Assembly: GCA_022791775.1 (NCBI GenBank)
Contig: JAAVZT010000003.1
Coordinates: 103,107-167,106 of the forward strand
Length of the DNA stretch: 64,000 bases
Reading direction: 5' to 3'
Source of the DNA: Bacilli bacterium
Lineage (GTDB): Bacteria; Bacillota_I; Bacilli_A; RF39; UBA660
The position numbers were made by a program, and so were the translations under genes. Each line of letters starts with the position of its first letter. Position 1 is the stretch's first letter. Shown here piece by piece: positions 50,193 through 61,050 of the stretch. Below the pieces are notes generated by a model. That model saw nothing but the letters and a program-made list of their open reading frames with translations. It did not search any database and was not told the DNA's origin.

Positions 50193-51329
50193 ATGAAAAA
50201 AAGTACGATCAAATTATTAATCATTGAATTTTTTTTAATATTTCTTTTACTATTAAATATTTTTTTAATAAATATAAAGAATCTTTATCTTTTATCAGGA
50301 ATGCTATTTTTTTTCTCACTTGTGACTGTTTGTCTATTAGGATATGAAAAAAATAGGCAGCGGTTTAAAAAAGACATTATTTTAAATATTGTGATATCTA
50401 CAGTTACTTTTCAGATTGTTCTATATTTATCTGGAATTTATCTAGGCTTCTTTAAAAATGGTTATAGTTTAACCTTATTCAACATATTAAAAAATATAAT
50501 TCCAATCTTTTTAATAATTCTCGTTTCAGAATTTTTAAGATACTGTATCAATGTGAAGGGTCAAAAAGAGAAAATAGTTATAGTCCTTTCTGTTCTTATT
50601 TTCGTTTTAATCGATGTCTCTTTACAAATTCATTTATATCAATTACAAAATAAAAAGGATGTATTTGAGCTTTTCTCTTATCTAGTTTTACCTAGTATCT
50701 CTAAAAATATATTACTCACTTATTTATCCATAAAGTTTGGTTACGAATCTAGTATTTTATATCGAAATATTATGGAACTGACCATCTACTTTATGCCAAT
50801 TTTACCAGATATTAATATTTATCTGAATGCAGTTTTAAATTTTATTTTCCCGCTTTTCTTATTTTACATTAACTATCAAAACTTTAATCCAAAAGAAAAC
50901 CAAAAAGATATAAGAAAAAAGAATTTTGGTTATCAAATAACAGGTGGTATTGTTACTTGTATATTTGTTATAATTGTTGCTTTAATCAGCGGGATTTTTC
51001 CAATATATGCTTTGGTGATCGGCTCAGAATCAATGATGCCCGAAATCAACAAGGGAGATATCGTTATCATTAAAAAATTAAACGGAAAACAGTTAATGGA
51101 TTTAGAAGAAAGAGATATCTTAGCCTTTCAGTATAATAAGAAAGTAGTAGTTCATCGAATTATTGAAATCCATGAAGTGAATGGAAATTATACCTTTAAA
51201 ACAAAAGGAGATAATAATAATACAGAAGATGAAGGGATTATTGACGAAAAAAAAGTAATAGGAAAAGTCATTTCGAGAGTACCTTATTTAGGGTATCCAA
51301 CAGTATGGCTCAACGAAGCAATGAATTAG
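50193..51329 (+). CDS. SipW-type (S26B, ER/archaeal-type) signal peptidase I fused to a ~250-aa N-terminal polytopic membrane domain
   Basis: The C-terminal ~120 aa (GSESMMPEINKGDIVIIKK ... VVVHRIIEI ... KGDNN) match the SipW Ser/His-type catalytic core (SGSMEP...GD...HR). About 7 TM helices precede it. Canonical SipW is ~190 aa. Confidence 0.65.
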   Translation: MKKSTIKLLIIEFFLIFLLLLNIFLINIKNLYLLSGMLFFFSLVTVCLLGYEKNRQRFKKDIILNIVISTVTFQIVLYLSGIYLGFFKNGYSLTLFNILKNIIPIFLIILVSEFLRYCINVKGQKEKIVIVLSVLIFVLIDVSLQIHLYQLQNKKDVFELFSYLVLPSISKNILLTYLSIKFGYESSILYRNIMELTIYFMPILPDINIYLNAVLNFIFPLFLFYINYQNFNPKENQKDIRKKNFGYQITGGIVTCIFVIIVALISGIFPIYALVIGSESMMPEINKGDIVIIKKLNGKQLMDLEERDILAFQYNKKVVVHRIIEIHEVNGNYTFKTKGDNNNTEDEGIIDEKKVIGKVISRVPYLGYPTVWLNEAMN

Positions 51330-51338
51330 GAGGAAAAT

Positions 51339-52457
51339 ATGAAACAAAGATCAAAATATGATGGTATGGAGAAACAATATTATGTAGAAAAAAAGAAACT
51401 AAATGTAAAAGCCTGGTTTTTCATATTGATATTACCAGCCTTTGCCTTATTATTATTAAGTGCTTATTGTATGAAAGATGCGATTAATTTAGATAAGAAT
51501 CAAAATAATGTTTCTTATCATGAAATAGGGAAAATAGATTATAAAGTTTATCTAAAAGAAAACAATTATTATACAGAAAAATTTTTACCGAAAGAAATGA
51601 AATATATAGCTAATCTAATAAATACCATTAATGTGGACTTTAATTATGAAATGCACTCTACTAACAATTTAGATTACAACTATACCTATAAAATTACAGC
51701 CAATTTATTAGTTACAGATAAAAATGATAAAACAAAAGTATTATATGAAAAACCTTCAATTTTATTAGAAGAAACCACTAAGAAGATAACGGCTAATAAT
51801 TTTATCATTAATGAAGATATTGATATTGATTATGACGAGTATAATAATTATGTCAATGCTTTTAAAAAAGATTATGCTCTAACAGTAGATAGCAAATTAA
51901 TATTAACCCTCGAAGTGAAAACCAATGGAACATATCAAACTGTAAAAGATTTGAAGACCAATAATCAGTTACAAATTTCAATTCCTTTATCTGAACAAAC
52001 TATTGATATTACCATGGATTCCAAAGAATTAAATGATAAAGGGGTACTTACAAGTGAGACCTCCTTTCAAATAAATAATATTATTCTCTTTATCGCGGGA
52101 ATTACCCTTGGTATAGTTTCTATAACTTTGTTAGGAATTGCACTTTATCTATTTGTAACAACTAGAAGAAAAAAAGATTTATATCATACAACAGTAGACA
52201 AATATTTAAAAGAATATGATCGTGTAATTATAACCAGCAAACAACCAAATGTGGATGAAAGATTATTTGATGAAATTATTCGTGTTATGACAATCGAAGA
52301 ACTTTTGGATTTACATGATATGACTAAAGAACCCATTATATATTATGAAGTGATTCCAAATGAAAAAAGTTATTTTATTGTAATTCATAATCGTTTACTT
52401 TATAAACTTACAATTACCAAAGCATGGTTAGAGAGAAATCAAGGCGATGACAACTAG
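51339..52457 (+). CDS. Bitopic/2-TM membrane protein of unknown function within the SipW locus
   Basis: 372 aa. TM1 at ~25-45, a ~190-aa extracytoplasmic region, TM2 (ILFIAGITLGIVSITLLGIALYLFV), then a ~110-aa cytoplasmic tail. Confidence 0.45.
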   Translation: MKQRSKYDGMEKQYYVEKKKLNVKAWFFILILPAFALLLLSAYCMKDAINLDKNQNNVSYHEIGKIDYKVYLKENNYYTEKFLPKEMKYIANLINTINVDFNYEMHSTNNLDYNYTYKITANLLVTDKNDKTKVLYEKPSILLEETTKKITANNFIINEDIDIDYDEYNNYVNAFKKDYALTVDSKLILTLEVKTNGTYQTVKDLKTNNQLQISIPLSEQTIDITMDSKELNDKGVLTSETSFQINNIILFIAGITLGIVSITLLGIALYLFVTTRRKKDLYHTTVDKYLKEYDRVIITSKQPNVDERLFDEIIRVMTIEELLDLHDMTKEPIIYYEVIPNEKSYFIVIHNRLLYKLTITKAWLERNQGDDN

Positions 52458-53829
52458 AATGAAAAAACGGTTTAATCGTAATCCTAAAGATAAAACAATA
52501 TTTTTCCTAGTATTATTCTCAAGCTTGTCTATTATAGGAATGTCCATTGGCTTTTCAGCTTTAAACACAGAATTAAGTATCAGCGGAGATGCATACGTGC
52601 GAGTCGATGAAGAAATTCGTATTACAGATTTAAAAATGCTAGAAGCAATAAACGGAGCTTATGAAACCTATAACAGTAAATATAGTAAAGATACCAATAG
52701 TATGTTTGTAACATTACCAAATAATAATTCAACAATGACTTATCAAGTCACAATTGTAAATAAAAGTAGTTTAAATTATAAGTTAAAAGATATTTTGGAA
52801 GAAAGCAATACTAATTCAAATATTTCTTATGAAATAATTCACATCAGTATGAATGATAGAATTGAAAGTAATTCCACTATAACTTTTCAAATAAAGGTTA
52901 CATCTCGTTTGGATAATCAAAAAACAGCTATAGTCTTAAAATACCTTTTTGAAATTGCCGATAATTGTCAATACAATATTGGTCATGAATTTGCCTTTGA
53001 TTATACTGGAGAAGAACAAAACTTTGTCGTTCCATGCGATGGGACTTACAAATTAGAAACATGGGGAGCACAAGGTGGGAATATCTCGAATAGTTGTATT
53101 GGCGGATACGGTGCATACGCCCGTGGCAGTATGAAATTAGAAACAAATGAAAAATTATATGTTAATGTAGGCGGACAAGGTTCCACTGTTTTAATAAATC
53201 CCACCATTGTTAGATCATTAGGGGGTTATAATGGAGGAGGCTATGGGTTAACCGATCATGCTTACAATACTTCAGGAGGAGGAGGAGCGACTCATATTTC
53301 AAAAAATTCTGGAATCTTATCAAGTTTATCAACGGAAAATAATAATTTATCTTTACTAATAGCTAGTGCTGGTGGAGGAGGAGCATATTCTAATAATATC
53401 GGAGCTGTAAATGGTGGTTGCGGCGGTGGTATAAAAGGATGTAATGGAATTAGCCATCCAGAATATACAAGATTTGGTACAGCAACAGGAGCTACACAAA
53501 TATCAGGTGGAACTACAATCATGATAGGAGATAGTTTTATAGAGACTAGTGGTTTTGGGAAAGGCGCAGATGCTCCAGATAATTCTGGTTCTGGAGGTGG
53601 TGGTGGCTACTATGGTGGAGGAGCACACGTAGGTGGTGCTGGTGCAGGAGGTTCTTCATACATCGGTAATTCTCTATTAACCACCAAAGAAATGTATTGT
53701 TATAACTGTGAGGAATCTTCTGAAATAAATACAAAAACCATTAGAACTACAAATGCGAGCGTAGATGCAATTAGCAATTATGCTAAAAAAGGAAACGGTT
53801 ATGCTAAAATCACTTATTTAGGCAAATAA
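52447..53829 (+). CDS. Large secreted Gly-rich protein with a SipW-cognate-like N-terminus
   Basis: 460 aa. N-terminus is KKRFNRNPKDK + hydrophobic + GMSIGFSALNTE. The C-terminal half has Gly-rich low-complexity tracts (GGGGATH, AGGGGAYS, GGCGGGIKGCNG, GSGGGGGYYGGGAHVGGAGAGG). Confidence 0.5.
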   Translation: MTTRMKKRFNRNPKDKTIFFLVLFSSLSIIGMSIGFSALNTELSISGDAYVRVDEEIRITDLKMLEAINGAYETYNSKYSKDTNSMFVTLPNNNSTMTYQVTIVNKSSLNYKLKDILEESNTNSNISYEIIHISMNDRIESNSTITFQIKVTSRLDNQKTAIVLKYLFEIADNCQYNIGHEFAFDYTGEEQNFVVPCDGTYKLETWGAQGGNISNSCIGGYGAYARGSMKLETNEKLYVNVGGQGSTVLINPTIVRSLGGYNGGGYGLTDHAYNTSGGGGATHISKNSGILSSLSTENNNLSLLIASAGGGGAYSNNIGAVNGGCGGGIKGCNGISHPEYTRFGTATGATQISGGTTIMIGDSFIETSGFGKGADAPDNSGSGGGGGYYGGGAHVGGAGAGGSSYIGNSLLTTKEMYCYNCEESSEINTKTIRTTNASVDAISNYAKKGNGYAKITYLGK

Positions 53830-53923
53830 TTAAATATAGCGAATTTTCCTCCTAATCAATTAAACGAAAAAGCTTGATTTTATCAAAAAGGAATGTTAGC
53901 ATATCAAAAAAGGAAAAAAATTT

Positions 53924-54928
53924 ATGAATAACCAAAATATTGAAGAAATTTACAAAAGCTTTTTTCCAAAATTGGAAGCACAATTTAAATCTATTGAATA
54001 TCGAATACCTATTTCTAAAAAAGAATATCTTTCCATTGCCAAAGAAACAATTTGGAAAATGACAAAAAAAGATGTTACAACAAGCCAAATAATGAATCAG
54101 ATCTACCAAAAATTAAAAGATTACAGGAACCAACCACATTCTTTTAAAGAAACAAATTCTAGTTTTTCTCTCCAAGAATACTGTCAACAAATAGAACAAA
54201 ATTATTTCACCATTGAAGAAGAGCGAGCTTATATTCAAAAAATCCAAAAAGGGGATAAAATAGCAAAGAGAGAGTTTGTACAAAAATACTTAAAATATGT
54301 AATCTATGTCGCTAAAAATTATATTGTATCAGGAATAGAAATGGATGACCTAGTAGCAGAAGGTAATTTAGGACTTTATGATGCATTAAATCATTATGAC
54401 GAAACCAAAGGTCGCTTTACAACCTACGCAAGACCATACATCCAAAAGAGAATATGCCGATTAATCCAGTCTTCTTTTCTTTCACAACAAGTTATCCTAG
54501 AAATTAATTCCTATCAAAAAAAATTAAAAATACTAGAAATAAGTTTGAATCGCTCAATTACCATAAACGAACGCGCCGAATATATGTCTTTACCTGTAGC
54601 AACAATAGAACGATATGAATTTATTTGGAATATGTTGATAGAGAAAACACTAAAATGTCAAGATAGTGATGATCCAACCTTTGATTCTTACTATTTGATA
54701 TATAAAACATTTCAATTAAAAGAAAACATTGCTAAAATAATAGAAAAATTACCTCCAAACTACCAAGAGGTAATAAAAATTAGATACATGGGCTCTAGAA
54801 AATTAAAATTCCAAGAAGTTGCAGATAAACTAGGAACAAGTCGCCAAAATATTCAACAGATAGAAGCAAGAGCTTTAAAACGTATTCGAAAAATGCCTGA
54901 AGCAGCTATATTAGAAGAATATCTATAA
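53924..54928 (+). CDS. Sigma-70-family RNA polymerase sigma factor with a ~100-aa N-terminal extension
   Basis: Region 2 (YLKYVIYVAKNY...DDLVAEGNLGLYDALNHYDETKGRFTTYARPYI) and region 4 HTH (KLPPNYQEVIKIRYMG...FQEVADKLGTSRQNIQQIEARALKRIR). 334 aa. Confidence 0.7.
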   Translation: MNNQNIEEIYKSFFPKLEAQFKSIEYRIPISKKEYLSIAKETIWKMTKKDVTTSQIMNQIYQKLKDYRNQPHSFKETNSSFSLQEYCQQIEQNYFTIEEERAYIQKIQKGDKIAKREFVQKYLKYVIYVAKNYIVSGIEMDDLVAEGNLGLYDALNHYDETKGRFTTYARPYIQKRICRLIQSSFLSQQVILEINSYQKKLKILEISLNRSITINERAEYMSLPVATIERYEFIWNMLIEKTLKCQDSDDPTFDSYYLIYKTFQLKENIAKIIEKLPPNYQEVIKIRYMGSRKLKFQEVADKLGTSRQNIQQIEARALKRIRKMPEAAILEEYL

Positions 54929-55036
54929 AAAATAGATATTTTTTTAATAATTTAAATCTAACATATTTGTAAGAAAGTTAGGAAAAACTAGGAAGTAAGT
55001 CAAATTTATGATACACTTAATATAGTTGGTGAAGTT

Positions 55037-56074
55037 ATGAAACGAATAAAACGTTACTTTTTGTCAATCGGCTTATTTTTTATATTATTTGGAATCACCT
55101 TTTACTATATCTTTTCCAAATATTCTTTAACCGAATTTTACCTTTCATTTCAAAAATGCAATCATTTTTTTATTTTAGGTGCTTTCTTTTGTGTCCTCCT
55201 ATATTTATTATTAGGGGCAATTTTTACTAAAAAAATGTTTCAAGCTTTTCAAACATCCATAACTTGGTTTCAAAGTTTAAGTTATAATTGTATCGAAATA
55301 TACTTTTCGGCAGTTACACCTTCTAGTACAGGAGGTCAGCCAGTCGAAGCATATTATATGGGAAGAGATAAAATTCCTTATCAAAAAAGTACCGTAGTAA
55401 TTTTATTAAATACCATTTTGTATAAATTGGCAATTGTCATATTAGGATTAATTGGAATGATATTTGTCCCTAAATTAATTTTTCAAAACGGCTGGTTTTT
55501 TACATTTCTTATGCTGCTTGGTCTATTTATTAATATCGTAGTCATTGTATTCTTTACCTGTCTTATTTACTCCAAAACCTTACCGCAAAAAATGTTAAAA
55601 ATAGGAATGAATCTTTTATCTTTTTTACATTTATTAAAAGGAGAAGAAAAAAAGAAAAAAGAGGAGAATATGAACACTATAATGAAAGACTATCAAAATT
55701 GTGCTGAATTTACTCAAAACCATCCGAAAATAATTCTAAAATCCTTTGGGTATATTTTATTACAACGCATTTGTCTTTTTGGAGTAAGTTATTTTATCTA
55801 TAGAGCATTTGGTCTAAACGACTATAATTTCTTTGCCATTTTGTTTTTACAAATTGCGATTACGCAAGCTACAGACTGTGTTCCTTTTCCTGGCGGAGTA
55901 ATGGCTGGAGAAACTTTAACTTACCAAATCACATCCATTTTATATGGAACGGAACTAGCTTTTTCTTCCATGTTATTGTTAAGAGGAATCAGTTTTTACT
56001 TTTTAGTTTTTTTAAGTAGTTTATTCTTTGTAATATATCATTTTAAAAGCAGTAGAAAGAGGAAAGAATTATGA
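55037..56074 (+). CDS. Lysylphosphatidylglycerol-synthase-TM-region-like (UPF0104/flippase-like) membrane protein
   Basis: 345 aa with ~8 TM helices. Size and topology fit this family. It sits adjacent to phospholipid-synthesis genes. Assignment by architecture only. Confidence 0.4.
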   Translation: MKRIKRYFLSIGLFFILFGITFYYIFSKYSLTEFYLSFQKCNHFFILGAFFCVLLYLLLGAIFTKKMFQAFQTSITWFQSLSYNCIEIYFSAVTPSSTGGQPVEAYYMGRDKIPYQKSTVVILLNTILYKLAIVILGLIGMIFVPKLIFQNGWFFTFLMLLGLFINIVVIVFFTCLIYSKTLPQKMLKIGMNLLSFLHLLKGEEKKKKEENMNTIMKDYQNCAEFTQNHPKIILKSFGYILLQRICLFGVSYFIYRAFGLNDYNFFAILFLQIAITQATDCVPFPGGVMAGETLTYQITSILYGTELAFSSMLLLRGISFYFLVFLSSLFFVIYHFKSSRKRKEL

Positions 56075-56697
56075 TTGGAATATATAATTACACAGTTTTA
56101 TTTACCTTATTTGGAACTATTACGGGCTTAATCAGCATAACTGAAGCAATGAGTGGTAACCTTGAAATTGCTTTATTAGGATTACTTGTTTGTGGCTTTT
56201 TTGACATGTTTGATGGAACTATTGCTCGAACGAAAAAAAATCGAACCGAATTTGAAATTCAATATGGAATCCAATTAGACTCTTTATCTGATGTCGTATG
56301 TTTTGGAGCACTTCCTACTATAATTGCCTTTCAAATCACTAAACCACTTGGCCTTTGGCAATCTCTAACCATTTTATATATGGTAGCAAGTATTTCTCGT
56401 CTTGCCTATTTCAATGTGGAAGAAGCAATGCGAAGAGAAAAAGAGAATGGAAGAAGAAAAACCTATACAGGATTACCTGTTACAACTGCCGCAATTATAT
56501 TCCCAATTTTGTATTTATTTTCTTTTTGGATCCCAAATTTCTTTCCTGTGTTCTATTTAACAGGCGTCTTAATCACGGCATGTTTTCACATTTCTAAAAT
56601 AAAAGTTCCGCATTTAGAAAAGAAAGGATTGATAATATGTCTGATCATCGGAATCGTCTTATTGAGTTTAATAAGCTTTCTACTGTTTCTAGCATAG
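56071..56697 (+). CDS. pssA: CDP-alcohol phosphatidyltransferase (phosphatidylserine synthase-like)
   Basis: DMFDGTIARTKKNRTEFEIQYGIQLDSLSDVV is the CDP-OH transferase motif D-G-x2-A-R-x8-G-x3-D-x3-D. 208 aa. Psd lies downstream. Confidence 0.75.
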   Translation: MIGIYNYTVLFTLFGTITGLISITEAMSGNLEIALLGLLVCGFFDMFDGTIARTKKNRTEFEIQYGIQLDSLSDVVCFGALPTIIAFQITKPLGLWQSLTILYMVASISRLAYFNVEEAMRREKENGRRKTYTGLPVTTAAIIFPILYLFSFWIPNFFPVFYLTGVLITACFHISKIKVPHLEKKGLIICLIIGIVLLSLISFLLFLA

Positions 56698-57509
56698 AAA
56701 AAAACGGTATTTGTCTGCGTTTTTTGTATCATACTATGTTAGGTAGATGTTTTTTAAAAATAATGATTCAACCTTGGCTTTCTAATTTAATTGGTCAATT
56801 ATTTGAAACAAGATTATCTAAAATCGGAATAAACCATTTTATAAAAAAACATCAAATCGATCTAACTCGCTTTGAAAAAAAAGAATATTGTTCTTTTAAC
56901 GATTTCTTTTCTAGAAAATTAAAAGAATCCGCTTGGAAAGCCGACAGAAATTTTTTATGCGCCCCATGTGATGGAAAGCTAAGTGTTTACAAAATTAATG
57001 ATGATTTAACTTTATCGATCAAGCATTCTCGTTATACCATTTCCTCCCTGATTCAAGAGGAGGAAATAGCAAATCGATATCAAGAAGGATGGTGTTTCGT
57101 TTTTCGTTTAACTCCTGATGATTATCATCGCTATCACTTTATAGATGATGGAGAAATCATTCAGCAAAAAAAAATTAATGGAGTCTTTCATACCGTAAGA
57201 CCTATTGCCCAAGAAAAATATCCCATTTTTTCAGAAAATACAAGAGAAATAACGATTATGAATACGAAAAACTTTCAGACGATAACTCAAATTGAAGTAG
57301 GAGCTTTACTTGTTGGAAAAATTGCAAATCACTCCCTCCAAGCTTTTCAAAAAGGAGAGGAAAAGGGAACCTTTTTATTTGGAGGATCTACTATTATTTT
57401 ATTAGTAGAAAAAAATGCAATACAGATTAATCCCACATTACTATGCAATACAATGCATCATTTAGAAACCATTGTCCATTATCAAGATCAATTAGGTGTA
57501 AAAAATTAG
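56637..57509 (+). CDS. psd: Phosphatidylserine decarboxylase proenzyme
   Basis: C-terminal FGGSTIILL (the GST self-cleavage site) and a FHYIDDGE region. The start is uncertain; it may be the downstream ATG at 56736, which would remove the 60-nt overlap with pssA. Confidence 0.7.
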   Translation: MSDHRNRLIEFNKLSTVSSIEKNGICLRFLYHTMLGRCFLKIMIQPWLSNLIGQLFETRLSKIGINHFIKKHQIDLTRFEKKEYCSFNDFFSRKLKESAWKADRNFLCAPCDGKLSVYKINDDLTLSIKHSRYTISSLIQEEEIANRYQEGWCFVFRLTPDDYHRYHFIDDGEIIQQKKINGVFHTVRPIAQEKYPIFSENTREITIMNTKNFQTITQIEVGALLVGKIANHSLQAFQKGEEKGTFLFGGSTIILLVEKNAIQINPTLLCNTMHHLETIVHYQDQLGVKN

Positions 57510-57518
57510 CATTTATAT

Positions 57519-57577
57519 TTGACAAGTGCTAATTTTTTAGTATAATAGTATTAGCACTTGAATATAATAGGTGCTAG
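57519..57577 (+). promoter_or_regulatory. SigmaA promoter (TTGACA-16-TATAAT) with a CIRCE-like HrcA operator (TTAGCACTT-N9-AGGTGCTAG, 57551-57577) and an additional AGTGCTAA half-site in the spacer
   Basis: TTGACA at 57519-57524 and TATAAT at 57541-57546. The operator is CIRCE-like (consensus TTAGCACTC-N9-GAGTGCTAA) and lies immediately downstream, ahead of the hrcA RBS GGAGG. Confidence 0.75.
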
Positions 57578-57589
57578 GAGGTTCGATAG

Positions 57590-58597
57590 ATGAATAGTCG
57601 TCAAGAAACACTATTAAAAGAAATTGTTGAATCTTATATTAAAACAGTTAAGCCAGTTGGAAGTAAATCACTTTGTGAAAAATTAAAGTGTTCTTCTGCA
57701 ACCATACGAAATGAAATGGCAGAATTAGAAGAAGCTGGTTTACTTGAAAAAAACCATATTTCTTCAGGGCGTATTCCCAGTGAAGCAGGATATCGCTATT
57801 ATGTAGAACATCTCATGCGACCGAAAGAACTTACCGGTGAAGATGTCTTAAAACTGCAAACTATTTTTGGAAATCGAGATTTGGTTTTGTCAGATGCCAT
57901 TACACAATGTGTCGAAATCATTAGTGACATTACAAATTATACCAGTATTGTTTTAGGAAAAAAATCACATGCTAATGCTCTCCAGCAAGTAAGCATAATT
58001 CCACTAAAGCAAGACAAGATTGTTGCTCTAGTGTGCACAGACCAAGGCATCGTCCAAAATAGACAATTTACGATTCCACCTACTGTTAAAATGGAAGAGC
58101 TTGTCAAAACGAGTGAAATAATTAATAAAATGTTAATTGGAACTCCAATTGATGAAGTAAGCGAAAGATTAGAATTTGATGTAAAGCCAATTATCAGTAA
58201 ACGAATTGAACAATACGAATCGGTTTATCATATCTTCATGGAAGCATTTCAAAATTTTGCCACAAATGTTCAAGAAAACATTCATTTAAGTGGTAAATAT
58301 AAATTAATGGAAAAACCCGAATACAATGATGTAGAGGAAATTCGAAAAATTGCTTCCAAATTTGAAGACGAAGACCTAATCAAGAAAATTGAAGAAAAGA
58401 AAGGTTCCAAAGGAATTAACATTTATATTGGGGAAGAAAATGAATTTGATCCAAATGTAACCGTTATCAAAACAACCTATCATATTAATGGAGAAGAAGG
58501 AACAATCGCTATTATTGGCCCAAAACGAATGGAATATGATCGGGTAGTTGGACTTCTTTCTTATATCAATGAAAATTTAAATGACGAAAGAGAGTGA
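57590..58597 (+). CDS. hrcA: Heat-inducible transcription repressor HrcA
   Basis: MNSRQETLLKEIVESYIKTVKPVGSKSL... is the winged-helix N-terminus typical of HrcA. 335 aa. Located upstream of grpE-dnaK. Confidence 0.9.
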   Translation: MNSRQETLLKEIVESYIKTVKPVGSKSLCEKLKCSSATIRNEMAELEEAGLLEKNHISSGRIPSEAGYRYYVEHLMRPKELTGEDVLKLQTIFGNRDLVLSDAITQCVEIISDITNYTSIVLGKKSHANALQQVSIIPLKQDKIVALVCTDQGIVQNRQFTIPPTVKMEELVKTSEIINKMLIGTPIDEVSERLEFDVKPIISKRIEQYESVYHIFMEAFQNFATNVQENIHLSGKYKLMEKPEYNDVEEIRKIASKFEDEDLIKKIEEKKGSKGINIYIGEENEFDPNVTVIKTTYHINGEEGTIAIIGPKRMEYDRVVGLLSYINENLNDERE

Positions 58598-58602
58598 CCT
58601 AA

Positions 58603-59169
58603 GTGGAAGAAAAAATAGAAAAAAAAGAACCACAAATTGAACCAATTGTGGAAAAAACAGAAAACGAACTTCCAAAAAAGAAAGAAAAAAAGAATAAAAA
58701 GGAAAAAATAAATGATGCTGAAATTCTAAAATTAAAAGAAGAAAACGTTTTATTAAACGATAAAGTTTTAAGAATTAATGCTGAGTTACAAAATATCAAG
58801 CGCCGAAATAATGAAGAAATGAGTCGTCTATTAAAATATGATGGCGAAAACTTAATCAAAAAAATACTTCCGATCATAGACAATTTTGAACGGGCCATCA
58901 ACATGGACGATGAAAATTTAGAAGACGAAGTAAGTAAATTCTTAAGTGGCTTCAAAATGATTTATTCTAATTTAAAAAATATATTAGAAGAATTTGAAAT
59001 CAAAGAAATAGAATGTCTAGGTAAAGAATTTAGCCCTGAAAATATGGAAGCTGTATTAACTGACCATATAGAAGGAAAAGAAAAAAATACAGTCATTGAT
59101 GTCCTACAAAAAGGATATTGTTATAAAGATAAAATTATAAGACCAGCTATGGTCAAAGTAAATGATTAA
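58603..59169 (+). CDS. grpE: Nucleotide exchange factor GrpE
   Basis: K/E-rich N-terminal tail, a coiled-coil, and a C-terminal domain (LKYDGENLIKKILPIIDNFERA, GFKMIYSNL, VLQKGYCYKDKIIRPAMVKV). GTG start. Confidence 0.85.
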   Translation: MEEKIEKKEPQIEPIVEKTENELPKKKEKKNKKEKINDAEILKLKEENVLLNDKVLRINAELQNIKRRNNEEMSRLLKYDGENLIKKILPIIDNFERAINMDDENLEDEVSKFLSGFKMIYSNLKNILEEFEIKEIECLGKEFSPENMEAVLTDHIEGKEKNTVIDVLQKGYCYKDKIIRPAMVKVND

Positions 59170-59184
59170 AAGAAAGGTGATTAA

Positions 59185-61005
<1,821 letters not shown>

Positions 61006-61006
61006 A

Positions 61007-61036
61007 AAAGTTCTAGGAAACTAGAGCTTTTCTATA
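61007..61036 (+). terminator. Rho-independent terminator after dnaK (AGTTCTAG-GAAA-CTAGAGCT + TTTTC)
   Basis: An 8-bp stem with one G-U pair and a GAAA tetraloop, followed by a U-run. Confidence 0.5.
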
Positions 61037-61050
61037 GTGAAAGGAAAATT

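Noticed and set aside
56355-56597. 80-aa ORF nested out of frame inside pssA
   Set aside because: It lies fully within the CDP-alcohol phosphatidyltransferase CDS, which has a clear catalytic motif. It is a shadow ORF.
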